From contig NC_003551.1 in the NCBI RefSeq assembly GCF_000007185.1, positions 1,350,001 to 1,382,000 on the forward strand: a DNA stretch of 32,000 bases, read 5' to 3'. A model generated the notes under the pieces. That model was not told the origin of the DNA, did no database searches, and saw nothing but the letters and a program-made list of their open reading frames with translations. The position numbers and the translations under genes are program-made. Numbering within the stretch: position 1 is the stretch's first letter; each line of letters starts with the position of its first letter. This stretch comes from Methanopyrus kandleri AV19. GTDB taxonomy: Archaea > JAADCQ01 > Methanopyri > Methanopyrales > Methanopyraceae. Shown one piece after another: positions 7,826 through 16,318 of the stretch.

Positions 7826-10414
7826 TCAGGTCGGCGCTCCCAACGGCGTCCAGAGCGCGACGGCGGTGAGCACCTGCACCAGCCTGTGTACCGAGCCCGG
7901 AACGACCGCGGGAGGGGACGTCAGGATCCGGGTGTTCCGCAGACCGTAGAGCAGGGCGGCGAGCGGCTGCGGTAGCGAGCTCCAGAGCAGGGAGAAGACG
8001 GATCCGCCGATCGCCGGTAGGAGGATCGTGACCGGGAACGCGAGCCAGTAACCGACGTCGAGCCACCGGCCCCGGTCCTTCCAGAGCGTGTCCAGTAGGG
8101 CGTAGGTGAAGGCGGCGATCACCGGCGAACCGACGAGCTCGGCGACCCGGTGCATCGCGACCGTGTCCACCACGGGGGCCACCGCGCAGTAGAGGGCGCG
8201 CTCCGAGAGCTCCTTCACGTCCTCGTCCACGTCCCACTCCGGGACCCGGAGGCCCACCACCGGTAGGACGGGTATCACCGCCGATCGGACGACGGGCGGC
8301 ATCAGGAGCCTCCCGAGGAGCTCCTCGAGCAGGCCGACCGGAACGTAGTAGGCGACGGCCGCGAGGAACCGGCCGAGCGGATCCCGGATCCACGGTTCGA
8401 CCCGGGGTTCCAACGCGTCGTACAGCCGGCGTTCGAGCGTCGTCAGCGCGAGGTCGAGGGGGAGCGCGCACACCGCCGTGAGCAGGTCCGGGACGATCGC
8501 GAGCCACGGTTCCCGGAGGACGGCACACAACGTCCCCGCCGTCGGGTCGCTCGGGTCCGGTAGGAGCTCGACGTTCGGGAACCTCCGCTTCCACTCGAAC
8601 CACCAGGAGAGGAGCCGGGACATCGACGTGTTCACGGGGTCGGTGGCTATGTCGATGCCCTCGTCGATGAACCGCCTGAGCGGGTGATCCTCCGGCAGCT
8701 CGAAGGTGACGAGGACCGGGCGTGTACCCTCTAGCGAGTGCATGACCACCCCTCCGACTCTCCCGCTCAGCCGCTCCACCCGCTCGGCCCGCTCCTCGAT
8801 CTCCTTGATCGCCCGGGGGTCGCTCACCACCCGACCCCAGAACTCCGGCCGCTCCGCGCTGAAGTCGATCCTCACGGTGAGCTCCACGACGTCCTCGTCC
8901 CGGATCAGGTAGTAGCGCAGCGTGCATCCCCGCCCGGAGAGCTCGAACGTCGCGTCCGCCCAACGCGTCCGGCCGACGAGGGTCGAGACCCACTCCGGGG
9001 CCAGGTACGCGCGGACCGAGTCGCCCTCGAGGACGTACACGACCGGCCCGAGGTCCGTGACCGGCGCGACAAGGTACGTGCGGCCCGCGTGGTACACGAG
9101 GTAGCTGCTGAGGTACTTACCGACGGAGATCACGGCCGGGTCGGGGAGCTTCGGTTGGATCGCGTCCCACGGGGACAGCCGGGATGACGGGCCGACCACG
9201 AACGAGCCGTCCTCGGGCCGGTACGTGCAGGTGTACGACCGCCCGGACGGGTTCACGTACACCGTCACGTGCGCCCCACCGGTGAGCTCCTGGAGCGCCC
9301 GCTCGCGGCACTCGTGCAGCAGCTGGTAGTCGCCGAGTGCGCCCCCGGTCACCGTCGTCGCCGAGGCGGGAGCCACCGCGAGCGGTAGCGCGAGGAGGAC
9401 TAGCGCCGCGAGACGCCGGAGCCTCCGGCGTCCCGGTCGGACGGGTGCGAAGGGCGGGAGCGGCGTCCAGACGGAGTTCCCTCCGCTCCGCCGCCACCAG
9501 GGTTCGGGCAGGCGGACGTTGGGGTGCTCGCGCAGCACCTCCCGGAGCTCCGCCTCGTCCGCGTTACGCCAGGCCAGTACCGCCCGGTCGACCGCCTCGA
9601 TGATCGGGTCCTCCCAGGGGGGCTGGAAGCGTGCGAACAGGGGTAGTGCGCCGGAGGGCGTCTTGAGCACGCCCACCTGAACGGTCGGACTGTACGTCGA
9701 CGCGAACTGAGCCAGACGGTACAGGAGCCGGGGATCCCGGCTCACGGTCCTGGAGACGAGGATGCGTCCCTCGCGCGGCAGGAACGTGATCGTGTACACG
9801 ATGACGCGGTTCGGTGGTGACGACGGGTTGAGACTCTTCGGCACCGGCCGGCCCAGGACCCGGAAGACCACTCGATCCGGGTAGACGGCGTACTCCACGA
9901 CCTCCCGCAGCATGTCCTCCATATCCAACGTTTCCCTGGCGACTTCGCGCTCTCCCTTCCGGATGACCGCCTCGTAGGGCGGCATCTGGCCCTCCCGCAG
10001 GATCCGGAGCTCGCAGACGGTGTCGTCGAGCAGCGCCGCGACCAGGTCCGGCCAGGCGTCCACGACCGCGGGCCCGCGCACGTCCAGCGACGTCGACTCC
10101 CGGAACCCGTCCGCGGCCGTCGACACCTCCACGCGTCCGGGTCCGACACTCACCTCGGAGGTCCCGCAGACCACGAACACGTCCCGGTCCGGGAGGTAGA
10201 GGACGTCGGGTGCCGACATGTTCTCCGCGTCCACGAGCACGGGCGGGCCGTCCGGGGAGTACGCGTCCACCCACCGCTGGAACACCTCGGAGCGCACGTA
10301 CTTCCAGCCGAACCACCAGTCGTCGGACGAGCTCCCCTGGAGGATGGGCTGACCTGCGACCGGGCCCACCGTCAGCAGGATCAGCGGGATCGTCACCGCC
10401 CACCTGGCCACCAC
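7826..10414 (-). CDS. Giant surface protein: signal peptide, extracellular domain 1, internal signal-like hydrophobic segment, extracellular domain 2, degenerate PrsW-like multi-TM domain
   Basis: MVARWAVTIPLILLTVGPVAGQ at the N-terminus; internal RRLRRLAALVLLALPLAVAPASA; C-terminal APVVDTVAMHRVAELVGSPVIAAFTYALLDTLWKDR aligns with the 19.1 kb protein. Domain 1 is homologous to the 17.3 kb protein (LPDRDVFV/LPDRDLFV, YPDRVVFRVLG/YSDRVVMRVLG, EGRILVSR/DGRILVDR). Confidence 0.85.
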   Translation of the reverse strand: MVARWAVTIPLILLTVGPVAGQPILQGSSSDDWWFGWKYVRSEVFQRWVDAYSPDGPPVLVDAENMSAPDVLYLPDRDVFVVCGTSEVSVGPGRVEVSTAADGFRESTSLDVRGPAVVDAWPDLVAALLDDTVCELRILREGQMPPYEAVIRKGEREVARETLDMEDMLREVVEYAVYPDRVVFRVLGRPVPKSLNPSSPPNRVIVYTITFLPREGRILVSRTVSRDPRLLYRLAQFASTYSPTVQVGVLKTPSGALPLFARFQPPWEDPIIEAVDRAVLAWRNADEAELREVLREHPNVRLPEPWWRRSGGNSVWTPLPPFAPVRPGRRRLRRLAALVLLALPLAVAPASATTVTGGALGDYQLLHECRERALQELTGGAHVTVYVNPSGRSYTCTYRPEDGSFVVGPSSRLSPWDAIQPKLPDPAVISVGKYLSSYLVYHAGRTYLVAPVTDLGPVVYVLEGDSVRAYLAPEWVSTLVGRTRWADATFELSGRGCTLRYYLIRDEDVVELTVRIDFSAERPEFWGRVVSDPRAIKEIEERAERVERLSGRVGGVVMHSLEGTRPVLVTFELPEDHPLRRFIDEGIDIATDPVNTSMSRLLSWWFEWKRRFPNVELLPDPSDPTAGTLCAVLREPWLAIVPDLLTAVCALPLDLALTTLERRLYDALEPRVEPWIRDPLGRFLAAVAYYVPVGLLEELLGRLLMPPVVRSAVIPVLPVVGLRVPEWDVDEDVKELSERALYCAVAPVVDTVAMHRVAELVGSPVIAAFTYALLDTLWKDRGRWLDVGYWLAFPVTILLPAIGGSVFSLLWSSLPQPLAALLYGLRNTRILTSPPAVVPGSVHRLVQVLTAVALWTPLGAPT

Positions 10415-10439
10415 CCGGCCGCCCCCGATCTGCGTTCCG

Positions 10440-10459
10440 TAAAACTAAGTAAAACTAAA
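10440..10459 (-). promoter_or_regulatory. Tandem 10-nt AT-rich motif upstream of the 7826..10414 gene
   Basis: + strand taaaactaag taaaactaaa, 26-45 nt upstream of the GTG start, in a GC-rich background. Confidence 0.35.
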
Positions 10460-10505
10460 CAAAATGGATTTCGGGCCCGGTGGGGCGCCGGTGCGGGGGA
10501 AGGGG

Positions 10506-12250
10506 ATGGTAGCGACGGTCCCCCGTCCCGGTCGCCCTCGCGCTGGTCCAGCCCTGTCTGGGAGAGCCGAACGACTGGCTAGCGGGTTTGGAGGCGTCGG
10601 TCGGCCTGCAGACGCCCCCTAACGTCACGTTCCGCTGTGCCTGGAAGGGCGGGTGCGACTCCCCCGGGAGGAGGTCCTCACCCGCGTACTGGACGCCAAC
10701 GCCGTCGATCTGTACGACGTCGAGATGTTGTTCGACGCCTCGTACCCCGGGGGTAAGGTACGTGCCTATTCTGTGCTTGAGCTGCATCCGCCCCGAGAGG
10801 GTGCGCTGCTCCATCCCCAGCTGCGACCTCGACGTCACGTTCTGGGACCCGGGGAGGTCCGACCCCGGGAAGCCCTGATCTGGGGATGGGCCGGGAACGA
10901 GCCCGTGGTCCGGCTCCTGAGGCCCGCGGTCCGCGTGATCGAGCGGGACGGCCGACGCTCGATCGAGTGCGCGGTGACCGGTTCCGCGTGGGTCGGTGAG
11001 CGCGAGGCGAGGGTGGCCCTCCGGGCCGAGGTAGACCCCGCCCACCCCGCTGCAGGCGATCCTCGGGGCTCACGGCGTCCTCTTGGACCCGACATCCTTC
11101 CCCACGATCCGTCACGCGACCCGGGACCCTCCGCGTCCGCATCCTGGTGTGCTCCCACGACGGTCGCAAGCTGGGGTCGTACGAGTGATCCGCGAGGGCC
11201 CCGCGGTGGTCCACCCGTTCGGATCGAGGTACCTCGACGTGACGGTCGACGGCGGGGCTCGGGCGCGGCCGACCTGCTCGTCCACAGGTGGTACGTGACC
11301 CCGGCGTCGCCCGACTGGACGCTCGAACCGGCGACGGACCTCACGTGGATCGCCACGCTCGACGACCGGTTCGGGAGGTGGACGCCGATCCTGGAGCTAC
11401 GTCTGACCGCCGACCCGATCCTCCCAGTTCACCCGCGGCTAGTTCCCGACGGACTGATCGACGTGCCCCTGGGCGTGTCGTCGGCCTCATGACCGTCTCG
11501 CTCACCCGGGCCCTCGGGATGCCGTCGGACGTCCTCCACCGGCCGGTGTTCGTCCCGAGGCTACCACCGGAGTACGCGCTCGTCGGACTGGCGGCCTACC
11601 TCACGGCCCTCGCCACCCGCCACTACCTCGGACCGTTGGACTACCTGGCCTTCAGCGCCCTCGTCCCCGCGGAGGGCTTCTTCGTGGGGTGCCGCTCGCC
11701 CTCTGGGGGCTCCGTCTGATCGCCGCGGACACGGGGCTACCGCTCCCCCTCGTCGGCGCCCTCGCCTGGCTCCTCCAGTGGGCCTTCGACGAGAACGAGC
11801 TGACGACGTTCAACGTCCCGCCCAACTACTGAGTCCTACCGCGACTCGTCCTCTCGAGACCGCCGACCTGGTACCTGGAACGCGCGCTCGAGGACCCCGA
11901 CACGTTGCTGAGGTACGCGCTCACGGCGCGGTCGTCGTCAGCCTACCGCTGCCCCTGGCCCAGATCGAGTGGATCCTGGCCCTGTTCGGGCCGAGGTACG
12001 ACATCTTCGGCGCGCTCGACACCCTGCTCCGGGTGCTGAGGACCCTACTCGCGGTCCCGTCGAACGCGTCCGTCGTCCTGTCCGCGCTGCTCCCGACGCT
12101 CCCGTACCTCCTCCCGGTCCCGCCGTGGCTCGAGCGCGACGTCGACGGGTTCCACCTCGATCCGCTCCTCCGACAGACCGTGGTCCCCGGTCAGCCTCCC
12201 CAGAGTCGCCCTCAGGAAGCGGGTGCTCGGGTAGTACCTGCCCCTCATGA
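10506..12250 (+). pseudogene. Heavily decayed extracellular domain plus PrsW-like membrane gene pair
   Basis: Coding fragments hop between frames: MVATV|PVPVALALVQPCLGEPNDWLAGLEASVGLQTPPNVTFRCAWKGGCDSPG|REEVLTRVLDANAVDLYDVEMLFDASYPGG...LIWGWAGNEPVVRLLRPAVRVIERDG...VVHRWYVTPASPDWTLEP...; then ATG at 11489 in an ATGA overlap, LTRALGMPSD...ALVPAEGFFVG|LWGLRLIAADTGLPLPLVGALAWLLQWAFDEN...|HGAVVVSLPLPLAQIEWILALFG... Confidence 0.7.
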
Positions 12251-12417
12251 TCGGGGACCCCAGGGGATCCCCGGGCGGCGGGTGAGGTCCACGGGCACTT
12301 ATCCGTGTCGGCGTTTCCTACGTCCCGTTTGATGTTTCCGTCTAGGGGTCGAGCCCAGCCCGCGGGCGATTGGGGCCCGTTCGTAAGAGTACAACGTGTG
12401 AGGCGCGAGAAGTTGAC

Positions 12418-12447
12418 GTTTCATTGTCTATGCGAGCTAGCATCGAG
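12418..12447 (-). repeat. Probable relic CRISPR repeat at the leader-distal end
   Basis: GTTTCATTgtctaTGCGAGctagcaTCGAG keeps the first 8 nt and a GCGAG-like end; it is separated from the next repeat by 57 nt, which is within the array's spacer range. Confidence 0.45.
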
Positions 12448-12504
12448 AGGCCCCGTGGGCGGGAACAGGATTCTGGAAAATACACAGTCGCCTTGAAGGA
12501 ACGT

Positions 12505-13454
12505 GTTTCATTACCCGTGTTATTACGGGTTAATTGCGAGACTTAGGCGTTGCACAAAACGTCTGGGACGAGTACCTCGCGCCTGGCGCAGTCGGGTTTC
12601 ATTACTCATATTATTTACCCATATTATTACGGGTTAATTGCGAGTTATAGGGCAGGAGCACCAGCGGGATCACCGATGGCTCGGTACGTCATTGAGTTTC
12701 ATTACCCATATTATTGCGGGTTAATTGCGAGAACGTGTGTTGGAAGAGCATCTGGGACAACATAGAGGCAGACTTAAGGTGCAGGATTAGTTTCATTACC
12801 CATATTATTGCGGGTTAATTGCGAGTTTTGCGGAGTAATCCCATGTTGGTTGTCGGTGACCGTAGAGTGCGGGATAGAGTTTCATTACCCATATTATTGC
12901 GGGTTAATTGCGAGCCCGCGGACAAGGCTTCGGTCTTGTGGAGGGTCTATTGGAGCAGTAGTTTCATTACCCATATTATTGCGGGTTAATTGCGAGGGGT
13001 TGCAGTTACACGGCGTATATCATGGCGTTCCCAGTGGAGTGGTCAGTGTTTCATTACCCATATTATTGCGGGTTAATTGCGAGACTCGGTGGACACAGAG
13101 CTCGCCGCCGCGCTATCGGCACTATGGGAATCAGTCGTTTCATTACCCATATTATTGCGGGTTAATTGCGAGGTGTCCGGTTTGCGACTCTTAGGGGGAT
13201 AACGACTTTCACTTCCGCGTCCTGTTTCATTACCCATATTATTGCGGGTTAATTGCGAGCCGGCGCGTTAGGCCTCAGCAACGTGGAGAAAGCGATACTT
13301 TATGACGATGTCCTTAAGGAGCGTTTCATTACCCATATTATTGCGGGTTAATTGCGAGAAGTATCACAGCCAGGGCACGGACGAGACAGCGTACTGAGAG
13401 GGGCCAGAGTAGCAACAAGTTTCATTACCCATATTATTGCGGGTTAATTGCGAG
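12505..13454 (-). CRISPR. CRISPR array, 11 repeats / 10 spacers; inferred minus-strand transcription
   Basis: Consensus 36-nt repeat (+ strand) GTTTCATTACCCATATTATTGCGGGTTAATTGCGAG, with repeat starts at 12505, 12596 (49 nt variant), 12696, 12790, 12879, 12961, 13048, 13137, 13224, 13323, 13419. Spacers are 55, 51, 58, 53, 46, 51, 53, 51, 63 and 60 nt. The minus-strand repeat ends ...AATGAAAC like archaeal crRNA 5' handles, and divergent repeats sit at the left end. Confidence 0.97.
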
Positions 13455-13560
13455 GGCGGGCGGTTTTCCCGGAGGATCACCCTTTACACTCCGAAACCAC
13501 CGAAGAGATTCCCCACCCCTCACCCGCCAGAGCCAGTGTACTGGTCCTATTTAAAGATTA
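13455..13560 (-). promoter_or_regulatory. Candidate CRISPR leader and promoter
   Basis: Adjacent to the conserved-repeat end. The minus strand reads CTTTAAATAGG (TATA-like TTTAAATA at 13555-13548) about 94 nt before the first repeat, at the edge of a long AT-rich tract. Confidence 0.6.
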
Positions 13561-14392
13561 CCCCGATTCCTCTGAACACTTAATCATACTAAAATCCAAT
13601 ACTAATTCGTTTCCATTCAGTCGAAAGCTTAATATACAACATTGGTAATACCGAAGATCATAGTTTCTTCTGATGAGTAATTAATAAGTTAACTTGATGA
13701 AGTAATAATTACATAGTGCCTGTAGACAGCTTTGATACCACATGGGAATCATAATTCTTTGCTAACGGTTAGGATCGTTATCTCTTCGAAGCGAAGTAAA
13801 GTGCAGAATTTGCACTATTAAAGTGCATTAGTTGGGCTGCAGCTAAAGTCTAGGCGATATCAGTAAGTATGAGTGAGTAGAGTAATACTCAATACTAAAG
13901 CGCCCCAGAACCACCGTCTCCTACGGAGAAAAACCCGCCTTTCCATCACGTTGATTAGCCCTGTAAAAAATTAGTACGACTTAATATTGCATAAACACGT
14001 TATTAGTCATACCAACCGGGCCGACTCCGACGTGAGAGGACTTACCGCCGATGACTCCGGATCCTACCGTTCGGCCCAGTCCCGTGGGACTGGTAACCGT
14101 GGAGCCGGACGGTTCCCCCGGGTCGGGCCCGCTCTCGGCTCTATCCTCAGGTTCCTGAGGTTCCGAGGTGACGTTCTAGGGCCTCAGGACGTCTCCAAAT
14201 CGCCGCCGGTCGGCCGTTCGAGTTACCACCGTCGTGTGGGTCCGGATGCCGGGAGTTCCGGTGGGGGACGCGGCCTCGGAGGGTGACCCCCTCGCCGGGG
14301 TGATCCTCGCGCCCCGTGGCTCGATGGTCCTCCCGAGCTCAGATTGTATGGCCAATCGAAGAAGGTGGGTCCTCCGCCCCGGATGGCAAGGC

Positions 14393-14398
14393 TTATAT
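14393..14398 (+). promoter_or_regulatory. TATA box of the downstream gene
   Basis: AAGGCTTATATCC: purine-rich BRE-like element plus TTATAT, about 60 nt upstream of a GTG at 14457 preceded by GGGGAT. Confidence 0.6.
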
Positions 14399-14456
14399 CC
14401 TGAGGTACCGCTCTACCCCTGACTCCATACAATTTGGAGGCACATCGGGGGATCAC

Positions 14457-15077
14457 GTGCCGGGGTTGGTCGGATCGCGTATCCCGATACCCTCGGACCC
14501 CGTGGAACGGATCCGGGCCCTCCGAGTCCTGAGGGAGGTCTACCGCCGGGGGAAGAAGCCGAGCCTGGAGGTGACCTACCGGACCGTCAACGGGAGCACG
14601 TGCGGTCCCTATTACGTCGCGAGGTGGAGGTGTGACTCGCGGTTCAAACACGGTAGGACCCTCTACTTGGGTAAGCCGGAAAACGAAAGCGTTTCCTTCG
14701 TCGAGTGGTTGGTTTCCCTTGATCGGAACGAGGTTTTGAAACTCGCGCGGCACTTGATGCGCAATCTCCGCTCGGTACTCAAGACCCTCCTGACCGAGAT
14801 CTCGAATCTACCATACAAACGGGCGCGACGAGTACTCGCCCGCGGGCTCGCACTGACATTCGACGCCAGACCCTCGAACTCACCGCGAATCCGGGACGTG
14901 TTAGAGGAACTCCCCGACCGGTTGGAATCCTTCCTGATCAGGACCCTGGGAGGCTGGCCGGCGCATTACTCGAGTCACTTGAATAAGATCATCCGTTCTA
15001 GAAGGAAGTCCCTCGACGGGAAACACGAGATCCCCGACGTACTCCTAGAGCTCGAACGCTGGAAACTCGAGTACTGA
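14457..15077 (+). CDS. DUF6788-like protein (start corrected from 14316)
   Basis: Motif TYRTVNGSTCGPYYVARWRCDSRFKHGRTLYLGKP resembles the Cys/YYY...YLGK N-terminal motif of DUF6788 proteins; the track start at 14316 lies upstream of the TATA box. Confidence 0.6.
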   Translation: MPGLVGSRIPIPSDPVERIRALRVLREVYRRGKKPSLEVTYRTVNGSTCGPYYVARWRCDSRFKHGRTLYLGKPENESVSFVEWLVSLDRNEVLKLARHLMRNLRSVLKTLLTEISNLPYKRARRVLARGLALTFDARPSNSPRIRDVLEELPDRLESFLIRTLGGWPAHYSSHLNKIIRSRRKSLDGKHEIPDVLLELERWKLEY

Positions 15078-15139
15078 CACGCACCGCCACGGGATCGCCA
15101 CCGACCGGACGCGGCGTACGGGGGCCGGGGGTCCGTCCG

Positions 15140-16013
15140 TTGGACGTGCGCTCGCTCTACGGGCTCGCGTTGGACGTCACCACGCTCGCCGTGCTCGAGC
15201 TCGTGAAGCGTTATCCGGCCTCGGGTGAGAAGCTCCCCGAGGATAGGAACTCGGTGGAGCTGGTGCTGTGGGAAGTCAAGGACCTGTTCAGGCGGTTCGA
15301 GCTCGGGAGGTTGGTGGACGAGGAGGAGTTCCTGGAGGCCTGCTTCGAGGTGCTCAGGCTACCCGGCGTGCCCGTGAGGGTCGGGGGAGCGTGCGAGGAG
15401 GCCGGTCTCGAGACCCTGCGGAACGTGTTCACGGACCCAGACGCCTCTGTACTTTTCATCACCTCGCGCGGGCTGGACGTATTCGAGGACGTGATGGACG
15501 GGCTCGGGATGGACCCGAAGGACGTCCGGGCGGAGTGTCGGAGGCTCCTCGTACGGGACGACGGTGCGGTCGGTGAGGACGCGATCGAGTCCTGGGTCGA
15601 GGCCGGGTTCGAGGTCCGGGTGATCACCGACGGGGAGAGTCACCTGAAGGTCTGGTTACACGGACAACGTGATGGCGATCACGGGCGCGAACATGACCAA
15701 CGTCAGTCTTGAGAGGCTGAGGGAGTGCCGGGAGTTCGTAGCGCCCGTCGTGATGGACGTCAAGGCGCCGGTGGCCCTGCTCGAGTACGAGCCGCTGGGG
15801 TTCGCGGCGATGGTCGGCGCGAACGCGCACGCGGTCGTACTCCGCGAGTTCCTCACGGAGCCCGATCGGGTGTACGGTGGTTACCTACCCGAGTGCGAGG
15901 GTCTGAGGCACCTGTACCGGGAGTTGAGAGCGGGGTTGGAGTGGTACCTGCGCGAGGGTTGTCCGGAAATGCTCTGGTGGGTGGAACCCGAGCCTCGGAC
16001 GCCCGACCTCTGA
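15140..16013 (+). pseudogene. Phospholipase D-like (HKD) domain protein with a single-base frameshift near 15656
   Basis: ORF 15140..15712 ends ...EVRVITDGESHLKVW; ORF 15669..16013 starts MAITGANMTNVSLERLRECREF. Removing one T at 15656/15657 gives HLKVWYTDNVMAITGANMTNVSLERL, matching HxKxxxxDxxxxxxG, in a 290 aa protein. Confidence 0.7.
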
Positions 16014-16318
16014 ACACATCGAGCCCGTGGTCGAACGTCCTCCGGCCGCTCGGGGAATGCACACGGGCCGGGAGTCCGTGGGGTCGTATCCCCGTCCCGA
16101 GGACTACCCGTGGACGCGCCGTGGACCAGGATACTAAACGTACCTGTTTCTCTTCACTTAGTTCTGGTTTCTTGATCTGTCACCGACACCGGGGCGACGG
16201 TTCGACGATGAGTCCGGTGACCCTCTCGCACGGTCGTCCGGTACCCCGACGCTCCCGGGATCCCCGCGGGCGATACCTCCACGGGTCCGCGGCCGCGGTC
16301 GTCACCCCATCGGGGACC

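Noticed and set aside
7626-8993. 455 aa minus-strand ORF overlapping the giant surface gene
   Set aside because: Arg/Gly/Pro-rich out-of-frame shadow of 7826..10414.
12541-13418. Small ORFs through the CRISPR array (66-128 aa)
   Set aside because: They simply translate repeat units (FHYPYYCGLIA...) and are not genes.
13987-14286. 99 aa ORF in the AT-rich to GC-rich transition
   Set aside because: Composition is not protein-like, and the first codons lie within the AT-rich non-coding island.
12505-15077. Possible cas genes beside the array
   Set aside because: Flanking ORFs show no Cas1/2/4, Cas3/Cas10 or RAMP motifs; the DUF6788-like protein is not a known Cas protein.
15140-16013. Two overlapping independent genes
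   Set aside because: The junction reconstructs an HKD motif with a single-base change, so a frameshifted PLD-like gene is the better reading.
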